64,000 nucleotides of DNA from Bugula neritina (lineage: Eukaryota > Animalia > Bryozoa): NCBI GenBank assembly GCA_964035545.1, contig OZ037773.1:6415751-6479750 (forward strand), written 5' to 3'. Each line of letters begins with the position of its first letter. The first letter of the stretch is position 1. The position numbers were made by a program, and so were the translations under genes. The notes below the pieces were generated by a model. It had not been told where the DNA came from, made no database searches, and saw only the letters and a list, made by a program, of their open reading frames with translations. Shown here in pieces: positions 23,806 through 36,500 of the stretch.

Positions 23806-26800
23806 AGCATATAGTAGCATAATGTCTAAACTAAGTCCAATTATCCTAATCACTTAGTCAATATAAATGTGTGAGGTAATCATGTATATATTCATCAACA
23901 AATATTAATTTAATTTACCTGGCTAATATTTTTATCTTTTCTATCTTCCGTTGACATTTTAGTTTTTTCATTTTTTTCTAGCCTCAGTTTCCTCAACTCA
24001 CTTCTAAGCAGGAAGCCCTCAGGCTGTTTTACTCCGGAAGGGAACTGCCACCTGCCAACATTGAATGTCAAACTAAACACAAGATTTTTAGTTACAAGTA
24101 TTAGTTGCAATATATGAGGATGACATTAAAATGTGTTATACATTAGTCATTTAAATGGTAAAATATAGCCTATACTGGTTATATATTAAATATCAAATCA
24201 TTTATTAATAAATCAAAAATTTGAGTAGACTTACAAACTACTTGGTATTATTGAATTTTGTTATCTGCTTATAAATAACTTCTGTAAAGATTATAGCAAA
24301 CATATTTTTCTGTTGAAAAAAATTATTTTTCATAAAGCCTGAGAAAAAAAGAATATATTTTTAAAAGAAATTTGGAACGTATGAAATAAATACAAATTTG
24401 TAGTCATGAAATTTAAAATATGTCAGAAAAATGAAAAAAATAATCTTTTGATTTATGCATAAAGAGTTCTCTCTGCTACTTTTTTATTGTGCTTTATTGA
24501 ACAAAAGCAATATAAAAGTTACAGAAACTTGAAACTATGCAGAAATGCTGCTCTTTGCAAAAACTTCCTTTTACATAATGATAAATTATTTAATAATAAA
24601 TTATTTAATAATAAACTATATAATATAATAATAAACTGTATGATAATAAATACATCAATATTATAATAATCTAGATGACAATAAACCGAATAATAATAAG
24701 TTACATGATAAAACTTCATATAATAAAAAAACATTTTATAATAAGCTATATGGAACTAAAGAAGAGTATGGTGGGACTAGTTGAACCAAAAATTGCATAA
24801 TATATAATTATATAATGATAAATTACATAATAATAAACTATTTTTAAGTTTAAAGTGACTGTAGTCTCTATAAATGTACTCTATACTACTATACCCACAG
24901 AGTATTAATAAAACTTACTTTGTGGGTATCACTGCCATAGTTCCGTCTCCGGGGCGTCTCCAGGATCCATCAACACTTGTTTTAGTCATAGTAATGCCGT
25001 TGATTCTCGGTCTAAACTCATCTAATCTCACACAGTAGTCACTTTCATACACTGTTCCAGCTGCTCTTGGCCTGCAACAAAGTTTCAAATTGATATGAAA
25101 TTTGTGCATGCATGGGTGTCGTTAGGTTATATGAACTCTGCAAGTATGTGCATTGCTTAGTATAAACTCTGCATGTATTTGCATGCTAGATTACAAACTC
25201 TGTGTGTATACATTGCATTATGGCATCAAAGATATTTCCATATTTGCATTATCTAATAATTTGACTAAAATATACTCTCAGAAGAAAGTGGCATTTAGTT
25301 GTGATTCAATCTTCATAAAACATACAAAAAAATAGAGCCAAAAGAGTTGTGTTGTTTCTAGTTGAAACATTTAAAAATATTGCTAAATAAATATTTTAAA
25401 TTGTAGGTTTGTGAAATTACTTGACTTTTGTTAACACTACGACTCTGCAATCTTTCTGTTACATATATACTGTATTATAGTAATGTGTTTTATGCATAAG
25501 AAAATTATTTATTGCTTTATGTAGTTATTTGTAATTATACTCTTAATAGTATAATATTAAGTGAGGAAATAGAATCATTTATAAACTAATGATTTTATTT
25601 TTTCACTTAATATTACATTAGTATAAGAATATTTTATTGAAAAATTTATTCACAATTTTATATTACTTTTATGCCACATATACACATGATATTTAAGAAA
25701 TGTCTTTTATAACCCATTTAATATATTGTAATACAATGTTGTTGTTTTTTTAAATAAAACAGAGAAAATAATTATTATTTATGTTGTTTTGTAAGTATTT
25801 AAATAAAATGCTAGTAGAACAAAAATTATTTTTTGCTAGGTTTGTTTAAAAAATACTTTTGAAGTTGTAGCAAAATTTTTACTTACGGCTCTATAAAATC
25901 AGACATGACACCTAGCCCTCCGAATCCAACTTTTTGGTGTCCGGTTTTGGGTCTATTTACAAACGACTTTTTAGACATCTCTTGCACGCCAACACTCTTG
26001 GGTCTCGACTCTGTGGGATAACTCCCCGACTCTATGTACTTGAGACCTTCTTGAGCATCTATACCCGCAATACATCTCTGCATGTTGGGAATATGTTTGT
26101 ACATCTACAATAGAAAAAATATCTTTCACATGTTGCAATAACATGACGTAAAAAGTCACGAAGGTTTACAGCCACTATCACTGTGAGAACCCCTAATGGA
26201 AAAGGTTTTTTAAAGCAGGCTAAGCACTTATTCAGATGAGACACAAGAGCATTTATGACTGGATGCTCGTCCCAGCATTACCATGGCCACCGGTGTAGTA
26301 AACCGGCCCTCTAAACCTCAGTTTTGGCTATATAAAATATTTCTAAAGCTAAATTAACCATAACTTTGAACTGGCTGATTTAATGTAAAAATTTTAATGA
26401 CTTTGATGGAACCTTGAAAAAATGGCCCAATCTAATTAATTACGAGTATTTAGATAGATTTGTTGTTTGATGAATGGAACATATTACTTGTATATCGACT
26501 CCCCATCTGATTGGCTGATATTAGTTGCTATAACCCCATGAACTTAACCTTATAACTGCATAAATTATTGTCAGCAGATTCTAGCTCTGCTGTATAGCAA
26601 AGTCAGCATAAGAAGTCTAAACTACAAAGTGACTATACAGAAACTATAACATGAATATCAATTTTAAATATTAGGTTGGCGCAAGTTTTGACTAGCAATA
26701 TTACAATTAATATGAGTAACAATTTACAGAAATACTATGCAAAGATACTAGTGTTTATATTTGCTTAGCTTAAAAATTTACTGATAAATTTGAAATTGAA

Positions 26801-27500
26801 AACACAATTGTAAATCCACAGAAAAAGTTTTGGGTTTTAAACTGAACCTTTCAAAATGTCATTATGAAATGCATTGCCAAAAATATTTAGCATTTATTAC
26901 TTTCTATTAATATTACATCTATTTCTGAGCTCGACCACATATTCATATATTAGCAGACTTACTGCATCGTAAGCCTCCAACCGGTGGCCATATTTTTTCT
27001 TCCAGTTTTCGGCAGCATGCCTCTCGCTGTCGACACACTCTTTCCTGCAGGAAAGTTATCATATACTGTGCAGTTATATGCATTTAGTTTATTACAATGT
27101 AAGTTGCATAATCTACCCCCCCCCCCCAAACTTTGATAGAAAGGAGCTAAAGACTGTGTGGTACATGAGCAATTATGACTGAATGCTGTCTCTAACATCA
27201 CCAATGATCTTTGCTGGGGTTCGAACCTATGAGTTCGTGTTTAGTAGGCAAACACTTTAGCCCCTAAACCACGGTTGCTCCCTATTAATTCAACGCATGC
27301 ATGTGCAGAAAGTGTAATATAAAACCCGACATGTTTGGACATGCCTGGACATGCCTCGACATGCCTGGACATACTACTCTGAAATTGTATTTAGCTGATA
27401 GCCAAGATCTATTTTGATAACTTATAAACCGATACTCTATACCTAAGCTGGAATACCTGTAAAACTCCTTTTCATTCGCTGTCATTTCTGCTGCTGGCAT
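22444..27500 (-). CDS. uncharacterised 8-exon protein (about 314 aa), weak resemblance to ciliary microtubule-inner-protein (LLC1/CIMIP1-like) N-terminal motif
   Basis: Exons 27457-27500, 26963-27044, 25887-26104, 24919-25071, 23919-24051, 23549-23591, 22787-22966, 22444-22535 all join in phase with GT-AG. Starts MPAAEMTANEKEFYRKECVDSERHAAENWKKKYG and ends ...IRAMTLANM*. Confidence 0.75.
23677..23804. repeat. compound (GATGTGTGT)n/(GT)n microsatellite
   Basis: Directly visible tandem units. Confidence 0.95.
26165..26290 (-). mobile_element. tRNA-derived SINE, body/tail without head
   Basis: Matches 28755-28890 (GTGAGAA.CCC, AAAGGTTTTT, GCTAAG.ACTTATT, TATGACTGGATGCTC). Confidence 0.75.
27167..27282 (-). 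mobile_element. tRNA-derived SINE, 5' half
   Basis: Reverse complement starts GGGAGCAACCGTGGTTTAGGGG, has B-box GGTTCGAACCC, then GGTGATGTTAG. Confidence 0.8.
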
Positions 27501-28754
27501 GATTGTGCAGATGAGGCAGTTGTTGATGTTAGTATTAAATGAATAGCGCAAGTTTAACTAGTGCCTGAAGCTCAAATACAAATTGTGTTTCTGATCAATA
27601 CACTCTAAGTGATAACATGCAAGTGCAAAGTGTGCTAACTATCAACACTGTTATACAACAACTCATTATCCAAGTTTCTTTTGTTTATCTTTGAATGAAA
27701 TTTAATCTAAGCACTTTGTTTGGAACAATAGTAGCTATGGAGAGTTTGAAACCAATCAGCAGCGCTGACTTTATACTTTACTTTACTCAGGCCGCCACAA
27801 AAGCTACTTAGTGCATTAGTTTTATTTTCAATTGTTGATTTGACTACCTTGATAAAACATGCTATTGAATTTTTGTTTGCAATTTAGTTTTATGATGGCT
27901 AATGGAATATACAATATACTGCATGTATTATAATAACAAAAATGTTGACTGAATAGAAATTAATGTCTCCAATACTAAGTTTTTTTGACAAGTACAAGAA
28001 ATTTATAATATAAATCATGCATTTTGCTTGTCCTGAGAGACTGAATAAGATTATGGAGCAGTTTTAGCTTGAAACTGTAGCTGGTACATACCAGTAGTCA
28101 TTTTGAAATGTTGTCCAGTCAGGTAGAGTCTTTATAGCAGTGCCAAACGCAAATGCTGCCATAGCTATCCTATTAAAAAAATGCATTGATTCATTTTGAA
28201 AAATAGTTTTATTGCCAATATGACGGAAAAAATTCTTTAGTAAGAAAAACTAAATCAGAAATTAAAAGAAAACTGAAGGAGCAATTGTTGGCATGATGAT
28301 ACGATAAGCTACAAAATATTAATTAAATTAATTTGAAAATTTTGAAAACTATGGTTTGATGACAGAGAATTGTGTTTACATTGACATTTAGAAATAACAG
28401 GAAATAATAAAAGACACAGCCAATTTTCAACTCTTACAAATAACTGTATTTTGCTTGCTTGCTACTCTAAAGTCTTCTGCATGATTGTTGTAGATCAGTA
28501 ATATAGGCTTGCATGTATTGGTGATTGGGTTTTATCTGCTGTGTTTTATGCTATATTTTTCAATAAAATTTTACCAGTGTGTTTCTGTATTAATATGTTC
28601 AGGGCTGTTGTTGAGGCCTCACAGTGTCTCCAGATGCACTCTTGTAACTGGTCATCAGCGTACCGAGACGTTGCCCACCTGTGATTGACAGCAAAGGTTG
28701 GCCAACCAAATTTGCTTATGATAAATTTAATACACTCAATAACTCTTCTCACGA

Positions 28755-28959
28755 AACTTTGTAGTCACTATGCCTGTGAGAAACCCCTTATAGAAAGGGT
28801 TTTTGTTAAAGTGGGCTAAGGACTTATTTAAATGGGGCACAGGAGCAATTATGACTGGATGCTCTTCCTAACATCACCGATGGCCTTTGTCAGGGCTCGA
28901 ACCCATGACCTTCGTGTTTACTAAGTAAACACTCTAACCCCTAGACCACGGCTGCTCCC
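28755..28959 (-). mobile_element. tRNA(Thr-like)-derived SINE, near full length
   Basis: Reverse complement: GGGAGCAGCCGTGGTCTAGGGGTTAGAGTGTTTACTTAGTAAACACGAAGGTCATGGGTTCGAGCCC (A-box, AGT anticodon-like loop, B-box), followed by a body shared with other copies. Confidence 0.85.
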
Positions 28960-29637
28960 TTCAATATTAACCCTTCTAAGAGTTATGAAGTTTCAAAAAC
29001 AAGATCTTTATCTCTTTTTTTTAAAATTATAAGTGCAGTACCATAGTGGCACATTGAGAAATAAGCCTATGATAATAACCTATATGAAATACACATACTA
29101 TCATATTTCCAAGAGTTGCCCTACTATAGCAGATATAGCTACACGCAGCCAACAGATACAAACTCTGACGGACCTAGTGGGCGGTCTCTTGCATCTTGAA
29201 GCTTCAGCGAGTAACTACTATAATGTGGTAAGTATTCTGGAATATTTCAAAATCAATGCTACAGTTACTATATTGACATAAAATTGTATCAAATCATTAA
29301 GTTCAAGTATTTTTTAAAATTATTTTTGTAAAGAGCATAATTATATTTTCATTTTTCTGTTTGACTTTATAAATAGTAAATACTGAGCAAAATATAAATC
29401 CCCAGTAAAAAAAAACAAATTATTTTTGGGGTGGTCTATAATTTTCATCATGACTGCATACATACAAGATGAAAACAAAATAATATTACAAATCAACGTC
29501 TTTTTATATAAAAATATTTTATGGCTAGCATTGTTGAAGATACTTACAGTGCACACTATAGATGCATACACTAAATAGCTCAACATATTTTGAATGATTA
29601 AAATGTTTTAAGGACAGTACTGGTCAGCAGTGGCACA

Positions 29638-30942
29638 ATGGCTGCAGCTGCCATGGCACGTGTTGCTGGCACGAGTGCGGCTATATCTGGTTCTGTGTAC
29701 AACTCTGCTGCAGCACTGGAGAGTGAGGAAGGATGGGGCTGGTCCCCGGATGAGAGAATAACAGGCTTTGCAGGTGATGCGTCTCTTTTGAGATTTGGTC
29801 AAATTGGCGTGAGCCTAGGGCAAAAAGAATACTACAGAATAAAAGTGTATAATGCTCCAAATAATTATAAAAGCTATTACATCAAAACTCTTCAAAGACC
29901 TTTACAGGAGATGATATTTTTTGCAAAGCGTCCAAACCATCATTCATCGTTGAGTACTACTGTGTCGCTGACGAAACAGTCTCGTGGTGGTGGTTGGATG
30001 CTACGAGTCTTTCCTATTACTGTCGACCAGGAGGTTGATTGCAGAAGGGCTGTGATAAAAGAACACGTGGCACTGGATAGGGCATCAGGGAATACGATGC
30101 TGAGATTTGTAAGCAGAGAGCAGGAGAAAATCGAAATTATCTATGCAAGGACTAAGGAACTCTTGTGCACCATTAATTTTAGAGAAATGTCTACGTCTCT
30201 CACCGAAAGTTATAAAAAGAAAAACCCCAATGTTATGATAACGTGCATTGCATCAGCGTTCTTGTTGACTTACCTTAGTACAATGTCGGCACTAAAATTC
30301 AAACCTAATGCTTTTCCTCCAGTTTTTACCGGGCGTGCTATTACCAGATTGAAGGCAATATGCAGCCGAAACGAGACAAATAGTCTCTTTTTAAAAAAAA
30401 CTGATGCATCAGATTCTGAAGAATTGATTTATGGACTAGAAACTCACCTAAAGAAAAAACTACTTGATATTTCTGTAAAGAAATATACTGCGTTGAGCAC
30501 CATTGAGATAACTGGTTGTGAAATAGAAAATGATATGTTTGTAGCTGAAATTTTTCACCTTCAAAAAAATGAAAAATTAGATAAATTTTCTATAACCCTT
30601 AATAGAACTCAAAAAACTGGGTACTTGGTCGTGTGCGACAAAACAAAACAGTTAAACTATGTTTCTTGTGATGATGACTTAATCATATCTACTGATTTGG
30701 TTCAACATTCTATACCAACATTAAAAATCTATGATAGACAATCGCAAAATTTAGCCAACGTATTTGAAAAAATTCATGATAAGGACATCAAAATAAAAAA
30801 AGCAAGAAAAAGCGAACAACTGGAGCCAGATCAACTAGCTGCGGCCATATGTATAGGAATCATTAGTCATTTACGATGTTTGCGCTGGTGGAATAATCCA
30901 TCGCTACCGGCCTGTACGCATGGAAGATATAGAACACAATAA
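29638..30942 (+). CDS. uncharacterised CDS-intronless protein (434 aa); paralog of 19753-21336
   Basis: 1.3-kb ATG-initiated ORF. Likely 5'UTR intron (donor GTAAGT about 29227, acceptor TTTTAAG about 29611). AATAAA overlaps the stop codon. Confidence 0.85.
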   Translation: MAAAAMARVAGTSAAISGSVYNSAAALESEEGWGWSPDERITGFAGDASLLRFGQIGVSLGQKEYYRIKVYNAPNNYKSYYIKTLQRPLQEMIFFAKRPNHHSSLSTTVSLTKQSRGGGWMLRVFPITVDQEVDCRRAVIKEHVALDRASGNTMLRFVSREQEKIEIIYARTKELLCTINFREMSTSLTESYKKKNPNVMITCIASAFLLTYLSTMSALKFKPNAFPPVFTGRAITRLKAICSRNETNSLFLKKTDASDSEELIYGLETHLKKKLLDISVKKYTALSTIEITGCEIENDMFVAEIFHLQKNEKLDKFSITLNRTQKTGYLVVCDKTKQLNYVSCDDDLIISTDLVQHSIPTLKIYDRQSQNLANVFEKIHDKDIKIKKARKSEQLEPDQLAAAICIGIISHLRCLRWWNNPSLPACTHGRYRTQ

Positions 30943-31734
30943 AAATTTAAAAAATATATTTTAGTTTTATATTGTCATAAAAGATAAAAATAAGAATAAT
31001 AGCTATGTTTTTTCTTTTTATTTTTAATCAAGGAAAATAAATAAATTTTATTACAACTTTAATATAACTCTACACACACACACACACACACGCATGCACA
31101 CATTTTTCAGTTTGCTTGTTGTCTGGCATTATGATATTAGGGAATATAACAATATTTTGGTATTTAAATATGTGACACATTTCTGGCCACATAGATGTGT
31201 GCATTATTGATCGAAATACTATTAGGTTGAAGGTACATATATGAGATAGTTAAAATAAGGCAATATTACCCACCTTGTAAAAATTAATTTACAGATTAGA
31301 GCAAATATTAAAAAAGTGAAAGCTTTCAAAAAAAATATAGAATTCAAAATGTTTGTGATTGTGGTTAGATATTAATTATCTAATTATATTTCTTTTCAAA
31401 TAGTAAAATGAAATAAGTTAAAATATAATTTTAGAATACTTTTTTTTTACTATAGGAGTCTATTATTTGCTTATAGGTGCAATTAGGGGAGAGTGAGTAT
31501 TGCTAACTAATAACTAATGGGAAACATCCAATCATATTTAATCTTGCATGAGATAAGGAAACTTCTTTGGCCCATGACCAATAAAATAGGTGATTTGGCT
31601 GAATTTGAATTGCAAGTATTAATTATTTAAACTGTATAAGGCTATTGATTTGATATATGAAGTTAAGGACTCAATCTGAATGTCAGGCAGAATTAGGCCA
31701 CCATTAGTTATTATTGTGTGGTGATTACTCAATA

Positions 31735-31815
31735 GCCTTATGGTAAAATATGGTTGTCACGTTTGCTTGCAAGCCAGAGGTCTCGGGTTTAAAACCCAGT
31801 GGGAGCAATTATTTT
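31735..31815 (+). mobile_element. degenerate tRNA-like SINE head (second family)
   Basis: TTGCTTGCAAGCCAGAGGTCTCGGGTTTAAAACCCAGTGGGAGC resembles a tRNA anticodon arm and T-arm, but no intact cloverleaf is seen. Confidence 0.35.
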
Positions 31816-32646
31816 TCAGTTATAAATTCTAACCTGTACATACGTGTTTTAAAAGTTTTATCATTATCAATAAAATAATTTATTTACAATTTTTTAACCT
31901 TTTGGGTTTTCTTAAATTTGATTGTAAATTGTAGTCCTCCAATTATGCTTCTGAGAAATTTAGCTGTTTATCATTCAAGAGTTAGATGTTTGGGGCTATA
32001 TAAATTTTGGCTTTAGCTACTTTTGCACACTCTAAATTAAAATTACATAATATAACGTACATATATTTGGACAAATACTGCATTTTTTTGTTCATTCAAC
32101 AATGAATTACCAAAAAAAAATTTATTTATATGAACTACAGCGCAATGTTTCAACATGTCACACAGAGAAAACATGTTCAACTGGAAAAATTAGATGCTTA
32201 ACCAATGCATGCTTGTTCTGCTATAGCTATATATAGCTGTAAGCGAAATATGCAGGGAATTCTGCGATCTTTATTAGCTCTTTATTGTCATTCTTAGGGA
32301 GTGTTTGGTGATGCAGGCCCATCTAATAACTAAAACATAAATATTATTTGATTTGTTTGATTATTAAACTAAAAGTTCACAATAAAGTAAAACACATACA
32401 CAGTTCATGCATGTATACTGGAAGATTATAGCACAGCAATAAATGCAGGAAGACAACAAAAACCTATAATTTATATTTTGAGTTGAAGTCTGGAAAATAT
32501 AATAAATCACTTTGACTGCTTTTATAAGTTATACAAAGAATATTATATAATGGAATTTTCATTATATTCACACTGTGTTGTAGTGTTTCAATTATCAAAG
32601 GTTGAACGATTACTTTTCAAAGAGGGTACTTGGTTGATGCACAATT

Positions 32647-32840
32647 GGGAGCAGCCATGATCTAGGGGTTAAAGCGTTTGCTTAATAAACACGAGGTTAT
32701 GGGTTCGAGCCCTGACAAAGGTCATTGGTGATGTTAGGAAAAGCATTCAGTCATAATTGCTCCTGTGCCTCATCTGAATAAGTCCTTAGCCTAATTTAAC
32801 AAAACCCTTTCCATCAGGGGCTTCTCATAGGGATAGTGAG
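32647..32840 (+). mobile_element. tRNA-derived SINE, near full length
   Basis: GGGAGCAGCCATGATCTAGGGG...GGGTTCGAGCCCTGACAAAGG...GGTGATGTTAGGAAAAGCATTCAGTCATAATTGCTCC; highly similar to the reverse complement of 28755-28959. Confidence 0.85.
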
Positions 32841-33516
32841 CGTTAGGGTTTGTTGATGCATAGCTTTGTTTCTTAGTATAGAGGAATAACTAAGTGACTC
32901 GTTTAAGTATAATTGTATGAAATATTTGCTATAAATAAAATTTTGAGCAAATAATTTGAAACATAAATAAATTCTATAACTTATACCCTGTTTTGTATAC
33001 CATGCCATATGTGAGATTTAGCTGTATTACTATATTAAGTATACTATGATATTATATTATATGTATTATAATAATAGTGTCTATATATTTAAAGAATAAT
33101 TATAACTATACACAGATACCTATAAGGCAAACAAGGGTTGTGAAAATTTGTCTTTACAGCAATTATTTTAGAAGGCACTGCCCAGAATAGTAATTAAAAA
33201 TCAGCAATCTAGCAGTCAGCCATTTAGCCAGGTACACTTTGGATTTTATTTTCATAATTTTGCTTCAATATACAAATTTAAGGCTTCAAATGTGAAAGCA
33301 ATGATTATGTCCAAATTTTAGATAATTTTAAAAAATCATATTGAAAGCTAGCCTTCCAAATTTGTTTCAGCAAGTCTAGATAGAATGATAATTAAAAGTA
33401 CTACATTCATGTGTGAAGTACAAGAATAATTAGCTTTATTTACATTAAAAGTCTAGAAAAGCACTTTAAACATAATGTATATTATAACACTTTATTTCTC
33501 ACCTACCTCCGCTTTG

Positions 33517-36500
33517 TCATGTTTGGGTAGCGGGATATATTATAATATCCTTATATTAATTGAATTTATACAAAAAATACAAGTATATATTATAATATGT
33601 GCATGCGTTGATTTATATTGTTTCAGAATAATATAAACTTACAACAGGGGTTGTATTTCCTTGGGCTGGATACCAAGTAAGTGTAACCGCATCATTCATA
33701 CATGGTGGTCCCAAAGCTTCATTTGGAATTGGTACACTGTTTTGTGGCAAAACTCTCGCTTGGTTAAAAGAAGCCCCTGTATTTTTTATTAACAATAAAC
33801 TAGAAAATATAGAAGAATTTTACAGTAACGAGCCGTTATATTATTGCTGAAATCAAAAACATGAAGACCACCTGTTTTATGTCTAGAAATTCTTAGGTTT
33901 ACAAAATTTACAGCAATTTATTTCATTTTGCTTTATGCGCTTACAGAGCAGCATGATTAAATCAAAGTCACAAGTTAGGTTCAATAAAGGGTTGAAGTAA
34001 CTAAGCTGATGAAATAGTCAAACGTAATTAAATTGATGATGTTAAGGCTGACCTAAATTAAAATTTGTAAGATTTAGAATTAAATTGATAGTATAAAGTA
34101 ACATTTATTAACATACACATATAATTCTTAAAAATTTGCTTTTTAGACCTAGCTAGTAGCAATTAACAACTAGAGCCAAACTGTTTTTAATTATCTGTTG
34201 CTGAATTACAATAAAAAATATAATGATTTTATAATAATGTTTTAAGTTTACAGTTTGAGAGCTATAAAATGCTTCTGGAATGATCATTTTATAAGAGATT
34301 GTACATAAAACATCTGGTGTTTTTACAGATAATTGAATTATGAAATACTCTAATTTCCTGAAGTATTTTTGGCTAAATGTTTGAGTGCACTCTATAGCTC
34401 AACATATATACATGTATTACGCGTGTGTTTTCAAAGCACTTAAAAAATTCTTTTCAACTTTTGTTAATATGTTTTGACATCATGTCTTTCTGAAGCAGTT
34501 TCAGTTAAACATGCATGCTACTCCCTAAGCAGGTTTTTGAATTTTCATATACATTTTAATAACATGTATAAAACTATGAAACTAACAAGAATTAAATGAG
34601 ATACATTTGGCTTGTAATAACTTTTGCAAATTATTTGATTTAAATACATGAATGAAATAGTTTTATTACTCAAATGTAGGAATGGAATTCAATAACTTTA
34701 GTAGCCTTATAGCTAACATGTGGTTTTATAAATAAATATTTACGCAATTTCTAACAATTCCTATTAGTGGAAGTAATTACTTACAACTATCAATGGCCCT
34801 ACATCTTGACCCAACATTCTTCGAGCAATCCACATCCACTTTCCCATGTATTTCCCATTCCAAAGTTTTCAGTATTCTCATTTGTGCTAAAATAAGCAAA
34901 TCATGTTTGTTATTGGCTCATACAAGACCTGATTATTTTAAGAAAGTCTATTTGCATGCAATACATTTTATGTCGAAAATATTATAAAATGTTAAAGAAA
35001 AACGAAAGTTGTCTGCTACCTACTGTAATTAAAAAACTTCTGCATCAATTAAGTAACATGTATATATTAAAAAAGTTAAATATGGCAACGTTACAATAAG
35101 AAAATTAGACTTTACCATATTATGTACATGTACATTAAAAGAATTTCTCTCACCGGTTGAGTTACAGGAAACCACTAGCCACGTGTAAAATCTCTGGTTT
35201 CGGGTAAATCCAGTCAGTCTGCTGTTTTTATAAGTTGGCTCCGGAAGGAAAGCTCTCAGTCTACGAGAGAATCTCTTGTGCAAATTCAGAAAGCTCACCA
35301 CTCGCTGGGTTCTTGTAAACAAATGCTTCCTGCATCTATATGCCGGGTTTACCCACCAAGAAGCTGAACTGGGCAAATCTGACAACCAAACTCTTTTACG
35401 TATATTTGATTGGGGACCTTGAACCGTGAAATTTGCCTACAAAACAACACAACATTTAAAAGGAGGCAACTCCGAGAGATTGATCTGGCACTCTCATGGA
35501 AAATCTGAGTAAATTTCTCGGATTGATCTCAGCAAGATCGATTTGAGATTGATCCATGAAAAGATGACGAATGCTACTGTTTTACAAAATTGAAGATGAA
35601 TATTGGGCAAATCTGACAAGCAATAAAGCCTGTTACAAATATTCAATCGCGGACTTTGAACCGTGAAAATTGTCTATAACACAATGCTAACGTTGTACAA
35701 AGAAGTTGTAATTTGATGGCATTACCACAAGTTTTTTTTTAAATATGGGCATGCAATCATGGTAAGTAAGGGTATGTTGAAATTCTACACATATTGTGAT
35801 CAACAAGATTAGCAATGCAATGTTATGTAATATTATATATATCAACAGCTTTTTACTTAGAACCAAAAATATTTCTTGCACTGCAGAAATACTGTAATGG
35901 TTAGAGGAAGTATACCCCCAGAACCCCTTGCTAAACATAACTCTATAGATTATGGTCAAGGACGACAACTCCAAGTTAAGTCCCATCTCTATGCGGTACC
36001 CTACTAGTAATTACTAGCCGCACCTCCAGCAACTAAGGACGAAACCACTGGAATCAGGTGTCATCCAATCAAGATCTACCCCATGTATATAAGCAATGCC
36101 TTTCGGCGCCCACAGTGTTAGTAGCTAACTAGGTTAACTATATGTAATTGTTTTGACTTTTGTTGAATGATCAACTAGTTCGATTCTTCACATAACCTCA
36201 CAGTGGATATGCAATAGTTACCAGCACACAATAACACCCAACTTAGTAGTGCACAAAACTATAACAATACATCAAATAAAAAAAAGTTAATTGAAATAAG
36301 TTCTAACTTTTTCAAAACTGTTCATTTAAAAGGGAAAACTAGCATTCAATTATATTCAAGATATCAAACAATAATTAATGATTGCACTTTTAACCTGTTT
36401 GTGTTTTTCTTATTTACTTTTTATTTTCTACAGCTTCGACTTAATTTCGCTATAAAGCTTTCCTAATAATTAATGCACTACATGTTTGGTATGTTTATTA

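Noticed and set aside
23511-23853. CVMCV/HTHT ORFs (also 37180-37451)
   Set aside because: Microsatellite translations.
28885-28959. tRNA-Thr gene (also 32647-32720, 31735-31815, about 36110-36200)
   Set aside because: No closing acceptor stem. At 28885 and 32647 the head continues into the shared SINE body; the other two are too degenerate to call.
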